In this document: piece by piece, positions 9,901 through 20,573 of the stretch
How positions within the stretch are numbered: position 1 is the first letter of the stretch
How the letters are laid out: each line of letters opens with the position of its first letter
Assembly (NCBI GenBank): GCA_043757225.1
Contig: JAYVPS010000163.1
Location: 1 to 63,165, forward strand
Reading direction: 5' to 3'
From: Cytophagales bacterium
GTDB lineage: Bacteria > Bacteroidota > Bacteroidia > Cytophagales > Cyclobacteriaceae
DNA length: 63,165 nucleotides
Notes under the pieces: model-generated
What the model was told of the DNA's origin: nothing
Seen by the model: only the letters and a program-made list of their open reading frames with translations
The model's database searches: none
Program-made: the position numbers and the translations under genes

Positions 9901-12900
9901 ATGAAATTAAATAAAATCATCCGCATTATTTTTCTGTTGTTGTTTGCGGCACAGCTGCTGCCAGCTCAGGATCAACGATTGGTTAAGACTAAAGTGGCCG
10001 ATGTATTGGCACTACTACCTGCAGCAGATAATCAACAAGCTGCCCGATTATTTCAAGAGACCCTTAACCTTGGAGAGGAGGGGTTACAAATATTGACCGA
10101 TGGGGTTCAGCCCAATGGAGTGCCTCAAGGAATTCCTTTTCGTTATGCTGTGTCGTTACTTACACACTACTCTACTACGAATGAAGAGAAAGCAAAAATT
10201 GAACGCGCCTATCTCGCGGCTCTCAATAAAGCCACAAATACAGAAGTGAAAGCGTACTTCATGGACAATTTGAAATGGCTTGGTTCAAATGAATCCGTCA
10301 TTACCCTGAAAAGATACTTTAACGATACTGAACTTTTTGATCCTGCTGTTTCAGCGCTTGTTTCTATTGGTACAGAAGATGCACGAAAGGCAATATTGGA
10401 TGCATTGACAAATAATCAGGTTGTGGCAACACAGGTAAAATTGATCAAAGCGCTCGGTAGATTGAAATATCAGTCCGCATTAGAAACGATTACAAAGTTT
10501 ACATCAAGTGAGAATCCTATTCTAAAGAGACAAGCCCTGTGGTCAGTTGCATTGTTTGGAGATGCACGTTCTTATCCGGTTCTTTTGCAACAAGCAAAGA
10601 ATGTAAGCTTCAAGAATGATCCGACTGAATCGACAACAGCATTGGTAGAATATTTACATCAAGTGACTACCAAAGGCAACACGGCACTGGTAAAAGAAAT
10701 TAGCAAAGCTTTGTTAGACAATACAAATGATCCATCGCAACAACACTTCCGGCTAGCAGGGTTAAAAGGTATTGCGATAGTCGATGCAGAAGGATCAGTG
10801 GCAACGCTGATAAAAGAGCGCAGCCGTTTTGATGAAGAGTATCAAAGAGAGATTTTGAAAATTGCGCGATCAGCAGCAGGTTCAGCCACTGTACTTAAGC
10901 TCTGGCAAAAAGAATATAAAAAATCATCAGGTTCTGCTCAGGCCGATATCTTATCAATGTTGGCGCAAGCGAATCATAATGATGCGTTTGCTGAGTCGAT
11001 GTTGGTCCCCACGCTTTCATCGTCAAATCAATCCGTAAGAATAGCGACTGCTTCTGAAATTGCGAGTTACAGAAATAAAAAGTACATGCCAGCAGTATTG
11101 GATTATTTGCTACGATCAACCGATGACACCGAGCTTGCATCTGCAAAATCTGCACTGCTTCAATTGGCAGATAAAGAAGCAGACGGATTGATCGCTCAAA
11201 AAATAGAAACGGCCCAATCCAAAAACAAAGTAGCCTTGTTGCAAGTACTCGCTGCAAGACGAGCTGTAAATTATTTTAATGTAGTTTCTAAACAAACCAC
11301 CTCCAACGATGCTTCCGTCAAAGGTGCAGCCTATGATGCTCTAGCAAATGTATCCTCAGCGAGTAATGTAAGTGAGCTTTTAAAAATGTTAGCCAGCACA
11401 GAAAATGCTATAGAAGTAAAAGCAATTCAGTCGGCCATTATATCATCGATTGATAAGAGCACAATGTCATTGATTAATGAAGCGTACTCCATTCAAAAAA
11501 CGAAAATACTTCCGGTGTTGCCGTACCTGAATGATGGAAGTGCAATCGAGAAAGTAGCTTCTACTTTTTATCATGGAAGTGATAAAGAAAAAGAAGTGGC
11601 CTTTGATGCTTTGAAGAACTGGCAGAACAATGAAGCAGTGAGAATATTACTGGCGATTAGAAAGGATGACGGTTTAAAAAAATATCACGAGCAGGCATTG
11701 GATGCTTTTATTTCTCAGGTGAGAGAATCCACCTGGCCGGATGATCAGAAGCTTTTGATGTTGCGTGAAATGATGACACTGGCCTTTAATAAAAAAGAAA
11801 AAACTTCAGTGATCCGAACTGCAGGTAGTGTTCGAACTTTTCTATCACTCTTGTTTGTCGCCAGTTATCTTGACGATTCAGAGTTAAGCAGTGTAGCGAG
11901 TCGTGCCGCAATGCAAATCGCCTTACCAACTTCAGATGCGAAACCTGGTCTCACTGGAGTAGAAGTGCGCAAAATACTTGAACACATGTTGCATAAATTA
12001 ACAGGAGAAGATAGTCAGTACGAACGCATCGATATTCTAACCTACCTTGAAGGACTTCCCTACACAAAAGGCTTTGAACCCATTTTCAATGGAAAAGATT
12101 TGAGTGGATGGCAAGGTTTAGTAGAGAACCCTATCGCACGTTCTAAAATGACGAAGGAAGTATTGGAGAAAAAACAAATGGAAGCCAATACGAAAGTGGC
12201 AAATAACTGGAGTGTGAAAGATGGTATGATCGTCTTTCAAGGTGACGGAGCAAATCTTTGCACCACCAGACCTTACGGTGATTTTGAAATGATTGTCGAT
12301 TGGAGGATTTCTAAAAATGGCGACAGCGGAATTTACTTACGCGGTTCACCGCAAGTTCAGATATGGGATAATGCGCGAGTGGATGTTGGTGCACAGGTTG
12401 GTTCAGGCGGTCTCTACAACAATAAAAAAGAAAGAAGCACTCCGTTGGTAGTAGCAGATAATCCGGTTGGTGAATGGAATACTTTCAACATTAAAATGAT
12501 TGGTGATCTTGTGACCGTTTACCTTAATGGCATATTGGTTGTAGACAATGTAACGCTTGAAAATTATTGGGATAGAGGTCTTCCTATTTTTAAAGAGGAA
12601 GCTATTGAGCTGCAAGCTCATGGTACTAATCTAGCCTTCAGAAATATTTATGTAAAAGAGCTGGGCACAAAATCTTTCGAACTTTCTAAAGAAGAGAAGG
12701 AGCAAGGTTACGAATTGTTGTTCAATGGAAAAGACCTGAATAATTGGATCGGTAATAAAACAGATTATGTGATAGAAGATAATACCATCGCGATCTATCC
12801 AACAAAAGAAGGCCATGGCAATCTCAACACGAATAAAGAATATTCTGATTTTATTTTCCGATTTGAATTTCAACTTACACCAGGTGCAAACAACGGTTTA

Positions 12901-13296
12901 GGTATTCATGCGCCACTGGAAGGTGATGCAGCTTTTGTAGGAAAGGAAATTCAGATACTAGACAATGATGCTCCGGTTTATGCAAAGCTGGAACCATATC
13001 AATATCATGGATCCGTGTATGGTGTAATTGCAGCTAAGCGTGGATTTTTGAAACCAACAGGTGAGTGGAATCAGGAGGAAGTATTTGTAAAAGGTGATTA
13101 TATAAAAGTGACTTTAAATGGAACAGTGATTGTGGAAGGAGATATGAAGAAGGCTTCCAAAAACGGAACAGTTGATCATAAAGATCATCCGGGTTTAAAC
13201 AGTCATAAGGGTTATATCGGATTTCTGGGTCATGGTTCTGTCGTAAAGTTTAGAAACATCCGGATAAAAGATTTGTCAAAAAATAGATTAGAATAG
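9901..13296 (+). CDS. HEAT-repeat protein with two C-terminal DUF1080 (3-keto-disaccharide hydrolase-like) domains
   Basis: Signal peptide; ~700-aa helical repeat region; two domains beginning FNGKDLSGW and FNGKDLNNW, ending FRNI. Confidence 0.88.
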   Translation: MKLNKIIRIIFLLLFAAQLLPAQDQRLVKTKVADVLALLPAADNQQAARLFQETLNLGEEGLQILTDGVQPNGVPQGIPFRYAVSLLTHYSTTNEEKAKIERAYLAALNKATNTEVKAYFMDNLKWLGSNESVITLKRYFNDTELFDPAVSALVSIGTEDARKAILDALTNNQVVATQVKLIKALGRLKYQSALETITKFTSSENPILKRQALWSVALFGDARSYPVLLQQAKNVSFKNDPTESTTALVEYLHQVTTKGNTALVKEISKALLDNTNDPSQQHFRLAGLKGIAIVDAEGSVATLIKERSRFDEEYQREILKIARSAAGSATVLKLWQKEYKKSSGSAQADILSMLAQANHNDAFAESMLVPTLSSSNQSVRIATASEIASYRNKKYMPAVLDYLLRSTDDTELASAKSALLQLADKEADGLIAQKIETAQSKNKVALLQVLAARRAVNYFNVVSKQTTSNDASVKGAAYDALANVSSASNVSELLKMLASTENAIEVKAIQSAIISSIDKSTMSLINEAYSIQKTKILPVLPYLNDGSAIEKVASTFYHGSDKEKEVAFDALKNWQNNEAVRILLAIRKDDGLKKYHEQALDAFISQVRESTWPDDQKLLMLREMMTLAFNKKEKTSVIRTAGSVRTFLSLLFVASYLDDSELSSVASRAAMQIALPTSDAKPGLTGVEVRKILEHMLHKLTGEDSQYERIDILTYLEGLPYTKGFEPIFNGKDLSGWQGLVENPIARSKMTKEVLEKKQMEANTKVANNWSVKDGMIVFQGDGANLCTTRPYGDFEMIVDWRISKNGDSGIYLRGSPQVQIWDNARVDVGAQVGSGGLYNNKKERSTPLVVADNPVGEWNTFNIKMIGDLVTVYLNGILVVDNVTLENYWDRGLPIFKEEAIELQAHGTNLAFRNIYVKELGTKSFELSKEEKEQGYELLFNGKDLNNWIGNKTDYVIEDNTIAIYPTKEGHGNLNTNKEYSDFIFRFEFQLTPGANNGLGIHAPLEGDAAFVGKEIQILDNDAPVYAKLEPYQYHGSVYGVIAAKRGFLKPTGEWNQEEVFVKGDYIKVTLNGTVIVEGDMKKASKNGTVDHKDHPGLNSHKGYIGFLGHGSVVKFRNIRIKDLSKNRLE

Positions 13297-13299
13297 AAC

Positions 13300-14409
13300 A
13301 TGGCATCCATTTCTACAACACCACGACTCTACTCTCTTGATGCTCTTCGCGGGTTTGATATGTTCTGGATCATGGGTGCTGAAGAAATTGTACATGTTCT
13401 CGCCAAAATCACGGGCTCATCCATGATCGAAGCTATATCAATTCAACTAACACATCCCGATTGGAATGGATTTCATTTTTATGACTTAATTTTTCCATTG
13501 TTCTTGTTTCTTGCGGGTGTTGCCACACCATACTCGCTCGGCAAGGAGATGGAGAAGGGAAAATCGAAAAACCAGTTGTTGATTCGAGTTATCAAACGTG
13601 GATTGATACTGGTGGTGTTAGGAGTTATCCATAACAACGGTCTTGAACTTCGCCCGATTTCTGAAATACGATTTGGTAGTGTGTTGGGAAGAATTGGTTT
13701 GGCATACATGTTCGCAAATATCATTTACCTATATACAAAACAACGCGCTCAGATTATCTGGTTTTGTGGTTTGCTGGTTGGGTACTGGTTGATGTTATTT
13801 TTCAATTCCGCACCTGGCTTTCCGATGGGAGATTTAACCATGGAGGGTAATTTCGCGTCTTATCTGGATCGACTTATTCTTCCAGGTAAACTCTATTTAA
13901 AAATTCACGACCCTGAAGGATTGATCTCTACCATTCCAGCAATCAGCACCGCATTGCTAGGAATTTACGCTGGCAATTTATTGAAGAACAGTCCGCTAAC
14001 GATGAAACGTAAAGCGCTTCAGTTGTTCATTATGGGAGTTGGTTCACTTGTGTTGGCTCAGACATGGAATCTTATTTTTCCAATCAATAAAAATCTTTGG
14101 TCAAGTTCATTTGTATTGCATGTGGGTGGCCTCAGTCTTATTTTATTATCGATTTTTTATTATATCATCGATATTCAAGGTTACAAACGCTGGGCATTTT
14201 TCTTTTCGGTAATCGGAATGAATTCTATTTTGATTTACATGTCTGGAGATTTTATCAATTGGCAGTACACAACCGAATCTCTTTTTGGTTGGCTGGGTCA
14301 ACTTGTCGGTGATCCGTGGAACACCCTGGTGCTTGTTATCTGCTATGTAATGGTGGCGTGGACGTTTCTATACTTTCTGTATAAGAAGAATGTATTTCTG
14401 AGAGTGTAG
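13300..14409 (+). CDS. Heparan-alpha-glucosaminide N-acetyltransferase-like (DUF5009/COG4299) membrane protein
   Basis: RLYSLDALRGFDM, DLIFPLFLF, DPEG, PINKNLWSSSF; multiple TM helices. Confidence 0.85.
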   Translation: MASISTTPRLYSLDALRGFDMFWIMGAEEIVHVLAKITGSSMIEAISIQLTHPDWNGFHFYDLIFPLFLFLAGVATPYSLGKEMEKGKSKNQLLIRVIKRGLILVVLGVIHNNGLELRPISEIRFGSVLGRIGLAYMFANIIYLYTKQRAQIIWFCGLLVGYWLMLFFNSAPGFPMGDLTMEGNFASYLDRLILPGKLYLKIHDPEGLISTIPAISTALLGIYAGNLLKNSPLTMKRKALQLFIMGVGSLVLAQTWNLIFPINKNLWSSSFVLHVGGLSLILLSIFYYIIDIQGYKRWAFFFSVIGMNSILIYMSGDFINWQYTTESLFGWLGQLVGDPWNTLVLVICYVMVAWTFLYFLYKKNVFLRV

Positions 14410-14498
14410 ACTTATAGTCCTTCAAAACAAGACATGAACCGTGGATACTCACAAATTGAGCCAATGAACATTTCGGCCTCCAAATTTACTTATTGAAT

Positions 14499-14918
14499 TT
14501 AATCCAATCCTCCAGCCTGTACATAATGCTTAGCACCTCTATAATTTGAGGTGGCCAAATCATTACTGAGGGCAACATCTTTAAAATCAACGTTGGTAGC
14601 TTTAAGGGCATGAATTAATAAGCGAACTTCTTGCATGGAAATAGATGAATCAGATTCTGCAAGTTGGAAAAGGTAAACGAAGGCGCAGAGTTTCTCTTCC
14701 TCCGAGCAGGCTTTTAATAATTCTAATCCACGATTAAAAATATCTTGACCTTTGGTAAGAGCGATGCTTCTTGAAAATTCTAAGAACACCGTATTATCAA
14801 TATTCTCTTCGGTTTTAATCTTCAGGATAATATCCATTTCACGATCATCGATGCGCCCATCGGAATTTATTAGCATGTGTACAAAATGCAGCAGCGCGAG
14901 TTGATATGTATTTTTCAT
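14499..14918 (-). CDS. TerB-family (tellurite-resistance-like) protein
   Basis: SDGRIDDRE and AESDSSISMQE paired motifs. Confidence 0.7.
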   Translation of the reverse strand: MKNTYQLALLHFVHMLINSDGRIDDREMDIILKIKTEENIDNTVFLEFSRSIALTKGQDIFNRGLELLKACSEEEKLCAFVYLFQLAESDSSISMQEVRLLIHALKATNVDFKDVALSNDLATSNYRGAKHYVQAGGLD

Positions 14919-15320
14919 GGCTATTTGTTTTTAATGTTAATCCTTATTCCTTCACTTTCGAAGCGCAATACTTCGCCCCAACAATTAATTCTGTTCTTAC
15001 CTAAAGTTAACGTGGAGAAGAATAATAAGTCAACGGGGTTTTCCCCGTATTTTTTAGAAAGAGCCTTTTGATATGAATTTAAAGGTTTATTTTTTGAAAT
15101 TTCGATAGAAAGGGTCTTTGCTATAAATCACAAAGCTTTAAGGTTAGGGCTGGTTTGAGAAAACATCGCTAATTCAACTCAAAACAGTATGCGGAGCCTA
15201 CTAATAAAATTGACCCTTAAATAGAACAAGCCGAGAATAAGGGAAGGCAACCTCTATAACACATAACATATATATGGATTCTGTAGATTCTACTCGGCTT
15301 ACAATAATAAACCTCACTAA

Positions 15321-15596
15321 TTAATACTGATCCGCTGATCGCATCACTATTGCCAAATACTGTTTCGAAAGCCTCTCCTGCAAACCATCCTCTTTGGTGT
15401 AACCCGTAATTTTCATAAACTCCTTACTGGAACTTTTATTGGTAACAGGTGGGGTCATGCAACTTACATTCATACCAGCTTTTTGCATGGCGTGCGTTTT
15501 ATTGGTAAACGCATTTTCATTGGTTGTTTGATTACACACCTCAAATGTCCTTTTAGAATCATCTCGTATGATCTGCCAATATTTTGTTGCCATCAC
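15321..15596 (-). CDS. Hypothetical protein
   Basis: 91-aa ORF in an otherwise empty AT-rich interval. Confidence 0.55.
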   Translation of the reverse strand: MMATKYWQIIRDDSKRTFEVCNQTTNENAFTNKTHAMQKAGMNVSCMTPPVTNKSSSKEFMKITGYTKEDGLQERLSKQYLAIVMRSADQY

Positions 15597-15914
15597 CCAT
15601 TTGTTAAAGATTTCAAGAATACTATAAAGGTAAAGGTAAGATTTATATAAAACGTCATGCGTTGAAATGGATGGTTGATAGCCTTGGTTTGGAATTCGTT
15701 TCTTGAAGAGGAGTATATCTATCTATATCACCAATTTTTAAGAAGTCAATCGTTCTGAACCTTGGCCTAGTTTTTAATTTCATTTCTACCTTATTGCACA
15801 AAGACGTTTTAAATCAACCGATTATAAACAAGGGTAGATGTGTTACTTTGATTTTTTTCCCTCCTAAATAATGATTAATTTAACTGCGTTACTTAAACCA
15901 AAAACACACCTACA

Positions 15915-16343
15915 ATGGATGCAATAAAAATAAACTTTGTGGCCGTATCGGTGGCCATAGTAGCCAACTTTATCCTTGGCTTTATCTGGTACACACCTTT
16001 ATTTGGAAAAGCATGGGCAAAAGAAGTGGGATTTGATCCAACTATTAAACCAACTGGTGGAGAAATCGGCAAGGGAATGATAACCATGGTGATTGGCAAT
16101 TTTTTTATGGCCTATGTACTGGCAAATAATATGGCCGCCTGGAGCTTTGTGCCTGGAGTGAATGAGATGCCACCAATTATAAGCGTAATGAATGCCACCA
16201 TTTTTACCTGGCTCGGCTTTTACTTGCCAGTAGATATTGGGATTGTTGTGTGGGAAAGGAAATCGTGGAAACTCTTCGGCATAAATACAGGCTATCACTT
16301 CATAATGCTGTTGGTCGCTTCTTTGATTTTAACTTTTATGTAA
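15915..16343 (+). CDS. DUF1761 family membrane protein
   Basis: LGFIWYTPLFGKAW and INTGY motifs; four TM segments. Confidence 0.85.
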   Translation: MDAIKINFVAVSVAIVANFILGFIWYTPLFGKAWAKEVGFDPTIKPTGGEIGKGMITMVIGNFFMAYVLANNMAAWSFVPGVNEMPPIISVMNATIFTWLGFYLPVDIGIVVWERKSWKLFGINTGYHFIMLLVASLILTFM

Positions 16344-16399
16344 GAATTTAGTCGGTTGGAGAGGCAGGACAAATCAACGTCATTTGAAATTTCAGAAAA

Positions 16400-17098
16400 T
16401 CATTTCGGAAGAGAAGGACGCACTTCAATACGACTCGGCAACGTGCGTGGGTTCATCTGCAAAAGATCTAACACTAATTGACCAATGTCTTCAGGCTGTA
16501 TTTTCCAACTGTCCTTTTCATTGGGCAGGTGATTGTTAAATTCCGTTGCTACAGAGCCGGGCATGATGGTGCTTACTTTAATACCAAAGGGGCGAAGGTC
16601 TAACATGATTGCCTGTGAGAAACCCAACAACCCAAACTTGCTAGCATTGTAGGCGCTGCCTGCTGCAAAAAAATTTGCTCCGGCCAAACTACCGATAGTG
16701 ATGATGTAGCCTTTGGTTTTCTTCAAGGCCTCGATGCAAGCTTGCACACTGTAGAAAACTCCTGTGAGGTTGGTATTGATAGTCTCGTGCCATTGTTGGT
16801 GTGTGAGGCTATCTACTGACGCGAAATGCCCTATGCCTGCATTGGCAATCAGTGCATCGATTTGCCCCCACTTATTCAAGGTAGCCTCCACAACTTTTTG
16901 TTGTTGAACAAAGTCAGCCACATCAGCCACCAAACCGAAGGCACTTTCGTTTTGTATGTTGTTTAATTGGACAGTCGCTTTCTCCAGCAATGAAGCATTG
17001 CGGCCAGTAATAGCTACGCACCATCCATTACGAATCAGTAATTCTGCTGTACCAAAACCAATGCCTTTAGTGCCTCCGGTAATTAATGCTACTTTCAT
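16400..17098 (-). CDS. Short-chain dehydrogenase/reductase (SDR)
   Basis: TGGTKGIG, NAG, YNASK; start taken at MKVALITGG. Confidence 0.93.
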   Translation of the reverse strand: MKVALITGGTKGIGFGTAELLIRNGWCVAITGRNASLLEKATVQLNNIQNESAFGLVADVADFVQQQKVVEATLNKWGQIDALIANAGIGHFASVDSLTHQQWHETINTNLTGVFYSVQACIEALKKTKGYIITIGSLAGANFFAAGSAYNASKFGLLGFSQAIMLDLRPFGIKVSTIMPGSVATEFNNHLPNEKDSWKIQPEDIGQLVLDLLQMNPRTLPSRIEVRPSLPK

Positions 17099-17265
17099 AA
17101 ATATTTTTTTTGATGGGATTTGGATGTCATTAACTTCACTCAACAAAATCAGGAGATTATTAGTTGCCAGAAAATCTTGCTCTTATACAAAATTCATATT
17201 GGCTAAGTTGCAAAAGAATGTCGAGATTTTAGCTAACCCATTTAAATATTCACAAGGGCAACCAT

Positions 17266-17273
17266 TAACTTTG
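17266..17273 (+). promoter_or_regulatory. Putative Bacteroidota -7 promoter element
   Basis: TAACTTTG matches TAnnTTTG, 11 bp upstream of ATG 17285. Confidence 0.4.
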
Positions 17274-17284
17274 AGAAAAAACAA

Positions 17285-17671
17285 ATGAATACTAAAATTA
17301 TAATGACAGGTGGTGCAATTTTAATGGGTATGGTTGGCGTTGCCTTAACTTTTATGCCGCAGGAAATTGCAACATATTTTTCTTTCCCAACAGAAACTAG
17401 TTCTGTGATTGTATTTCAGATTTTAGGAGCCTTGTATTTCGGATTCGCGATGACTAACTGGACAGCTAAGGCCAGTCTTATTGGGGGAATTTATGCGAGA
17501 CCTATTGCGATTGGTAACTTCACACACTTTGTTATAGCCTCCTTGGCTTTAGTAAAAGCCTACTCCTCAAGTTTTTCACTTGCCCTGTTGGGGCTTACTT
17601 GCGTCTACTCTCTTTTCGCGATTGCCTTTGCCATTGTTTTTTTTACTCATCCTGTAAAGCAAAAAGAATAA
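17285..17671 (+). CDS. Hypothetical membrane protein (4 TM)
   Basis: 128-aa hydrophobic ORF with IGGIYARP motif. Confidence 0.7.
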   Translation: MNTKIIMTGGAILMGMVGVALTFMPQEIATYFSFPTETSSVIVFQILGALYFGFAMTNWTAKASLIGGIYARPIAIGNFTHFVIASLALVKAYSSSFSLALLGLTCVYSLFAIAFAIVFFTHPVKQKE

Positions 17672-17738
17672 AATAATTTTAAAGTAGGAGAGCATCATCT
17701 TTTCAGTTTACGGTTCTGATTCTCTACCTTAGACTTAA

Positions 17739-19058
17739 ATGCCCGATAAACACTTGCCTCAACTTAAGCGCACGCTTTCTCCTATTATGGTTTGGGGTTT
17801 AGGTGTTGGCTATGTTATCTCGGGTATGTATTTCGGATGGAACCTCGGCCTGGCACAAGGAGGCACATTGGGGCTAGGCATTGCAGTTTTCTTCATTATC
17901 ATTCTCTATATAACTTTTACGTTTAGTTATGCAGAGCTGGCATGTGCCATACCAACAGCAGGTGGCGCTTTTGACTATACTACACGTGCGCTTGGCAAAG
18001 ATGCTGGCTTCATAGCAGGCATGGCGCAAAACATTGAGTTCATCTTTGCACCACCTGCCATTGCTTTTGCTATTGGAGCATACTTCAATTTATTCTTTCC
18101 GCAAGTATCGATTATTTCAATTGCCATCATGGCTTACATTATTTTCACGGCTCTAAATATTTCAGGTGTAAAGGCGGCTGCTACGGTTGAGTTAGTGATA
18201 ACCATTTTCGCTGTCGCAGAACTGTTGCTCTTCTGCGGCATAACATTGCCAAATATTAAGGTCATTCATTTGACACAGAACAATTTTCCCAATGGATGGC
18301 CGGGTGTGTTTGCCTCAATTCCTTTTGCTATCTGGTTTTTCTTAGGCATAGAGGGCGTTGCTAATATTGCCGAAGAGGCTATTGACCCAAAGCGGACCAT
18401 TTTGCTTGGCTTTGGTTCTGCCATTGCAACATTGGTTGTTTTATGTGTGCTTACTTTTTTAGGATCGGTTGGTATTGGCGGATGGGAAGCGGTTGTGTAT
18501 AAAATAGATGGCAGTACTTCTGATTCACCCCTGCCATTGGCTCTTGGACAAATTGTGGGAAACAATAATTTACTGTATCACTTGTTGATTACTGTCGGGT
18601 TATTTGGGTTGGTCGCTTCTTTTCACGGGCTAATGTTGGCCTCTGGTCGTTCTACATTTGAATTTGGAAGAGTAAAATTTGTGCCAGCTTTTCTTGGAAG
18701 AGTAAATCCTCGATTTCAAACTCCCGTGAATGCGTTGCTGGTAAATATGGGGTTAGGCATTGTAGCGCTTCTCACCGGAAAAACAGCTGACATTATTACA
18801 ATTGCTGTTTTTGGAGCACTGACTCTTTATATTATTTCGATGATCTCCTTACTTCGACTGAGAAAGACCGAGCCTGAGTTGCTACGACCTTTTAAAGTTC
18901 CGATGTACCCGGTTTTTCCAATAGTAGCACTGGTAATTGCTTTTGTTTCCATGATTGCTATGACGATCTTTAACCTTCAATTGGCCTTGATCTATCTGTT
19001 AATTATTGGAATGGCTTTTACACTCTTTCGGATTAATAATAAAATGGTTAAAGATTAA
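17739..19058 (+). CDS. eat: Ethanolamine permease-like APC transporter
   Basis: WGLGVGYVISGMYFGWN and PFAIWFFLGIEG motifs typical of ethanolamine permeases; about 12 TM. Confidence 0.8.
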   Translation: MPDKHLPQLKRTLSPIMVWGLGVGYVISGMYFGWNLGLAQGGTLGLGIAVFFIIILYITFTFSYAELACAIPTAGGAFDYTTRALGKDAGFIAGMAQNIEFIFAPPAIAFAIGAYFNLFFPQVSIISIAIMAYIIFTALNISGVKAAATVELVITIFAVAELLLFCGITLPNIKVIHLTQNNFPNGWPGVFASIPFAIWFFLGIEGVANIAEEAIDPKRTILLGFGSAIATLVVLCVLTFLGSVGIGGWEAVVYKIDGSTSDSPLPLALGQIVGNNNLLYHLLITVGLFGLVASFHGLMLASGRSTFEFGRVKFVPAFLGRVNPRFQTPVNALLVNMGLGIVALLTGKTADIITIAVFGALTLYIISMISLLRLRKTEPELLRPFKVPMYPVFPIVALVIAFVSMIAMTIFNLQLALIYLLIIGMAFTLFRINNKMVKD

Positions 19059-19121
19059 TTAATCGGCTCTGAACAGCAAACGAAGTGAAGCAATCATTTT
19101 AAAATCATCTAATTAAAGTAA

Positions 19122-20480
19122 ATGACAACCAACGCTATTCTCGATTATGTAAAAAAGCATCCATCTGGAAAAGTAAAAGTCGCCTTGACAGATATTGATG
19201 GAATCCTAAGAGGCAAATACATTTCTGTTGAAAAATTTCTTTCGGTTATCGAAAGTCAAGCAAGTTTTTGCGATGTAATTTTTGGATGGGATGCCAATGA
19301 TGTTGCTTACGACAATGGAAAATTTACCGGTTGGCACACAGGTTACCCAGATGCCCCCGCGAAGCTGGATCTTACTACCTTTAGAAAAATCCCCTGGGAG
19401 AATGACATTCCGTTTTTCTTAGGTGAACTGATCGATGAAAAGGGAAACCCTTCTTATGTTTGTCCGAGGCAGTTAGTAAAAAAAATTATTATCGATGCCA
19501 AAAAAGAAGGCTTCACGCCATTCTTCTCTCAAGAGTTTGAATGGTTCAATTTTGCTGAAACTCCTCAAAGCGCCAATGAGAAACATTTTAAGAACCTGAC
19601 ACCGCTCACTCCCGGCATGTTTGGCTATTCTATTTTAAGAACCACGTCAGAAAATCCTTTCTTCACAGATCTGTTTGATCTGATGAAGAAATTCAAAGTC
19701 CCAATCGAAGGGTTACACACCGAAACCGGTCCGGGAGTTTTAGAAGCCGCTATTCAATATGCTGATTTACTTGAAGCCGCTGACCGGGCAGTATTGTTTA
19801 AAACTGCCGTGAAGGAAATTGCCTACAAGCATGGCATCATGGCCACCTTTATGGCAAAAATTAGTGAGACCCTCCCTGGTTGTGGAGGGCATGTGCATCA
19901 AAGTTTGTGGGATAAAGCGGGGAAGAAAAATCTATTTTATAACGAGAAAGATAAGAATCATATGAGTGATGTGATGAAAAATTACATCGCGGGTCAATTG
20001 CATTGCTTACCTCACATTTTACCAATGTATGCACCCACAATCAATAGTTATAAGCGTTTGGTGGAAGGCGCATGGGCACCGACTACTCTTACATGGGCAG
20101 TTGACAACCGTACGGTAGCTTTACGGGTGTTATCGGGTGGAAGTAAATCATGCAGGCTTGAGACACGGGTGATTGGCTCTGATGTAAATCCTTACCTAGC
20201 TATGGCTGCTGCACTTGCATCAGGGTTATACGGTATCAAAAACAAAATGAAATTGAAGCAGCCGGAAACTATTGGGAACGGCTACCGCGATTTTTCCAAC
20301 GGAACCTTGCCGGGCAATTTGCATGAAGCTACACAGCAAATGAAGAATTCCATAATAGCTAGAGAAATACTGGGAGAAAGATTCGTTGAGCACTTTACAC
20401 AAACACGCGAGTGGGAATGGCGTCAGCACTTAAAGGCTGTAACGGACTGGGAGTTTAAAAGATATTTTGAAATCATTTAG
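19122..20480 (+). CDS. Glutamine synthetase-like gamma-glutamyl-amine ligase
   Basis: DIDGILRGK, EFE, HTETGPG, FMAK, HVHQSLW, INSYKRL, DNRT, ETR, NPYLA. Confidence 0.88.
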   Translation: MTTNAILDYVKKHPSGKVKVALTDIDGILRGKYISVEKFLSVIESQASFCDVIFGWDANDVAYDNGKFTGWHTGYPDAPAKLDLTTFRKIPWENDIPFFLGELIDEKGNPSYVCPRQLVKKIIIDAKKEGFTPFFSQEFEWFNFAETPQSANEKHFKNLTPLTPGMFGYSILRTTSENPFFTDLFDLMKKFKVPIEGLHTETGPGVLEAAIQYADLLEAADRAVLFKTAVKEIAYKHGIMATFMAKISETLPGCGGHVHQSLWDKAGKKNLFYNEKDKNHMSDVMKNYIAGQLHCLPHILPMYAPTINSYKRLVEGAWAPTTLTWAVDNRTVALRVLSGGSKSCRLETRVIGSDVNPYLAMAAALASGLYGIKNKMKLKQPETIGNGYRDFSNGTLPGNLHEATQQMKNSIIAREILGERFVEHFTQTREWEWRQHLKAVTDWEFKRYFEII

Positions 20481-20573
20481 CATTCCCTACTGTTAATAGA
20501 GAATTAACCTGAATATTTTGTCAGATCATTTTCAAACTATCATCTTGCCGCTAATTCAGAAACAACGTAATCC

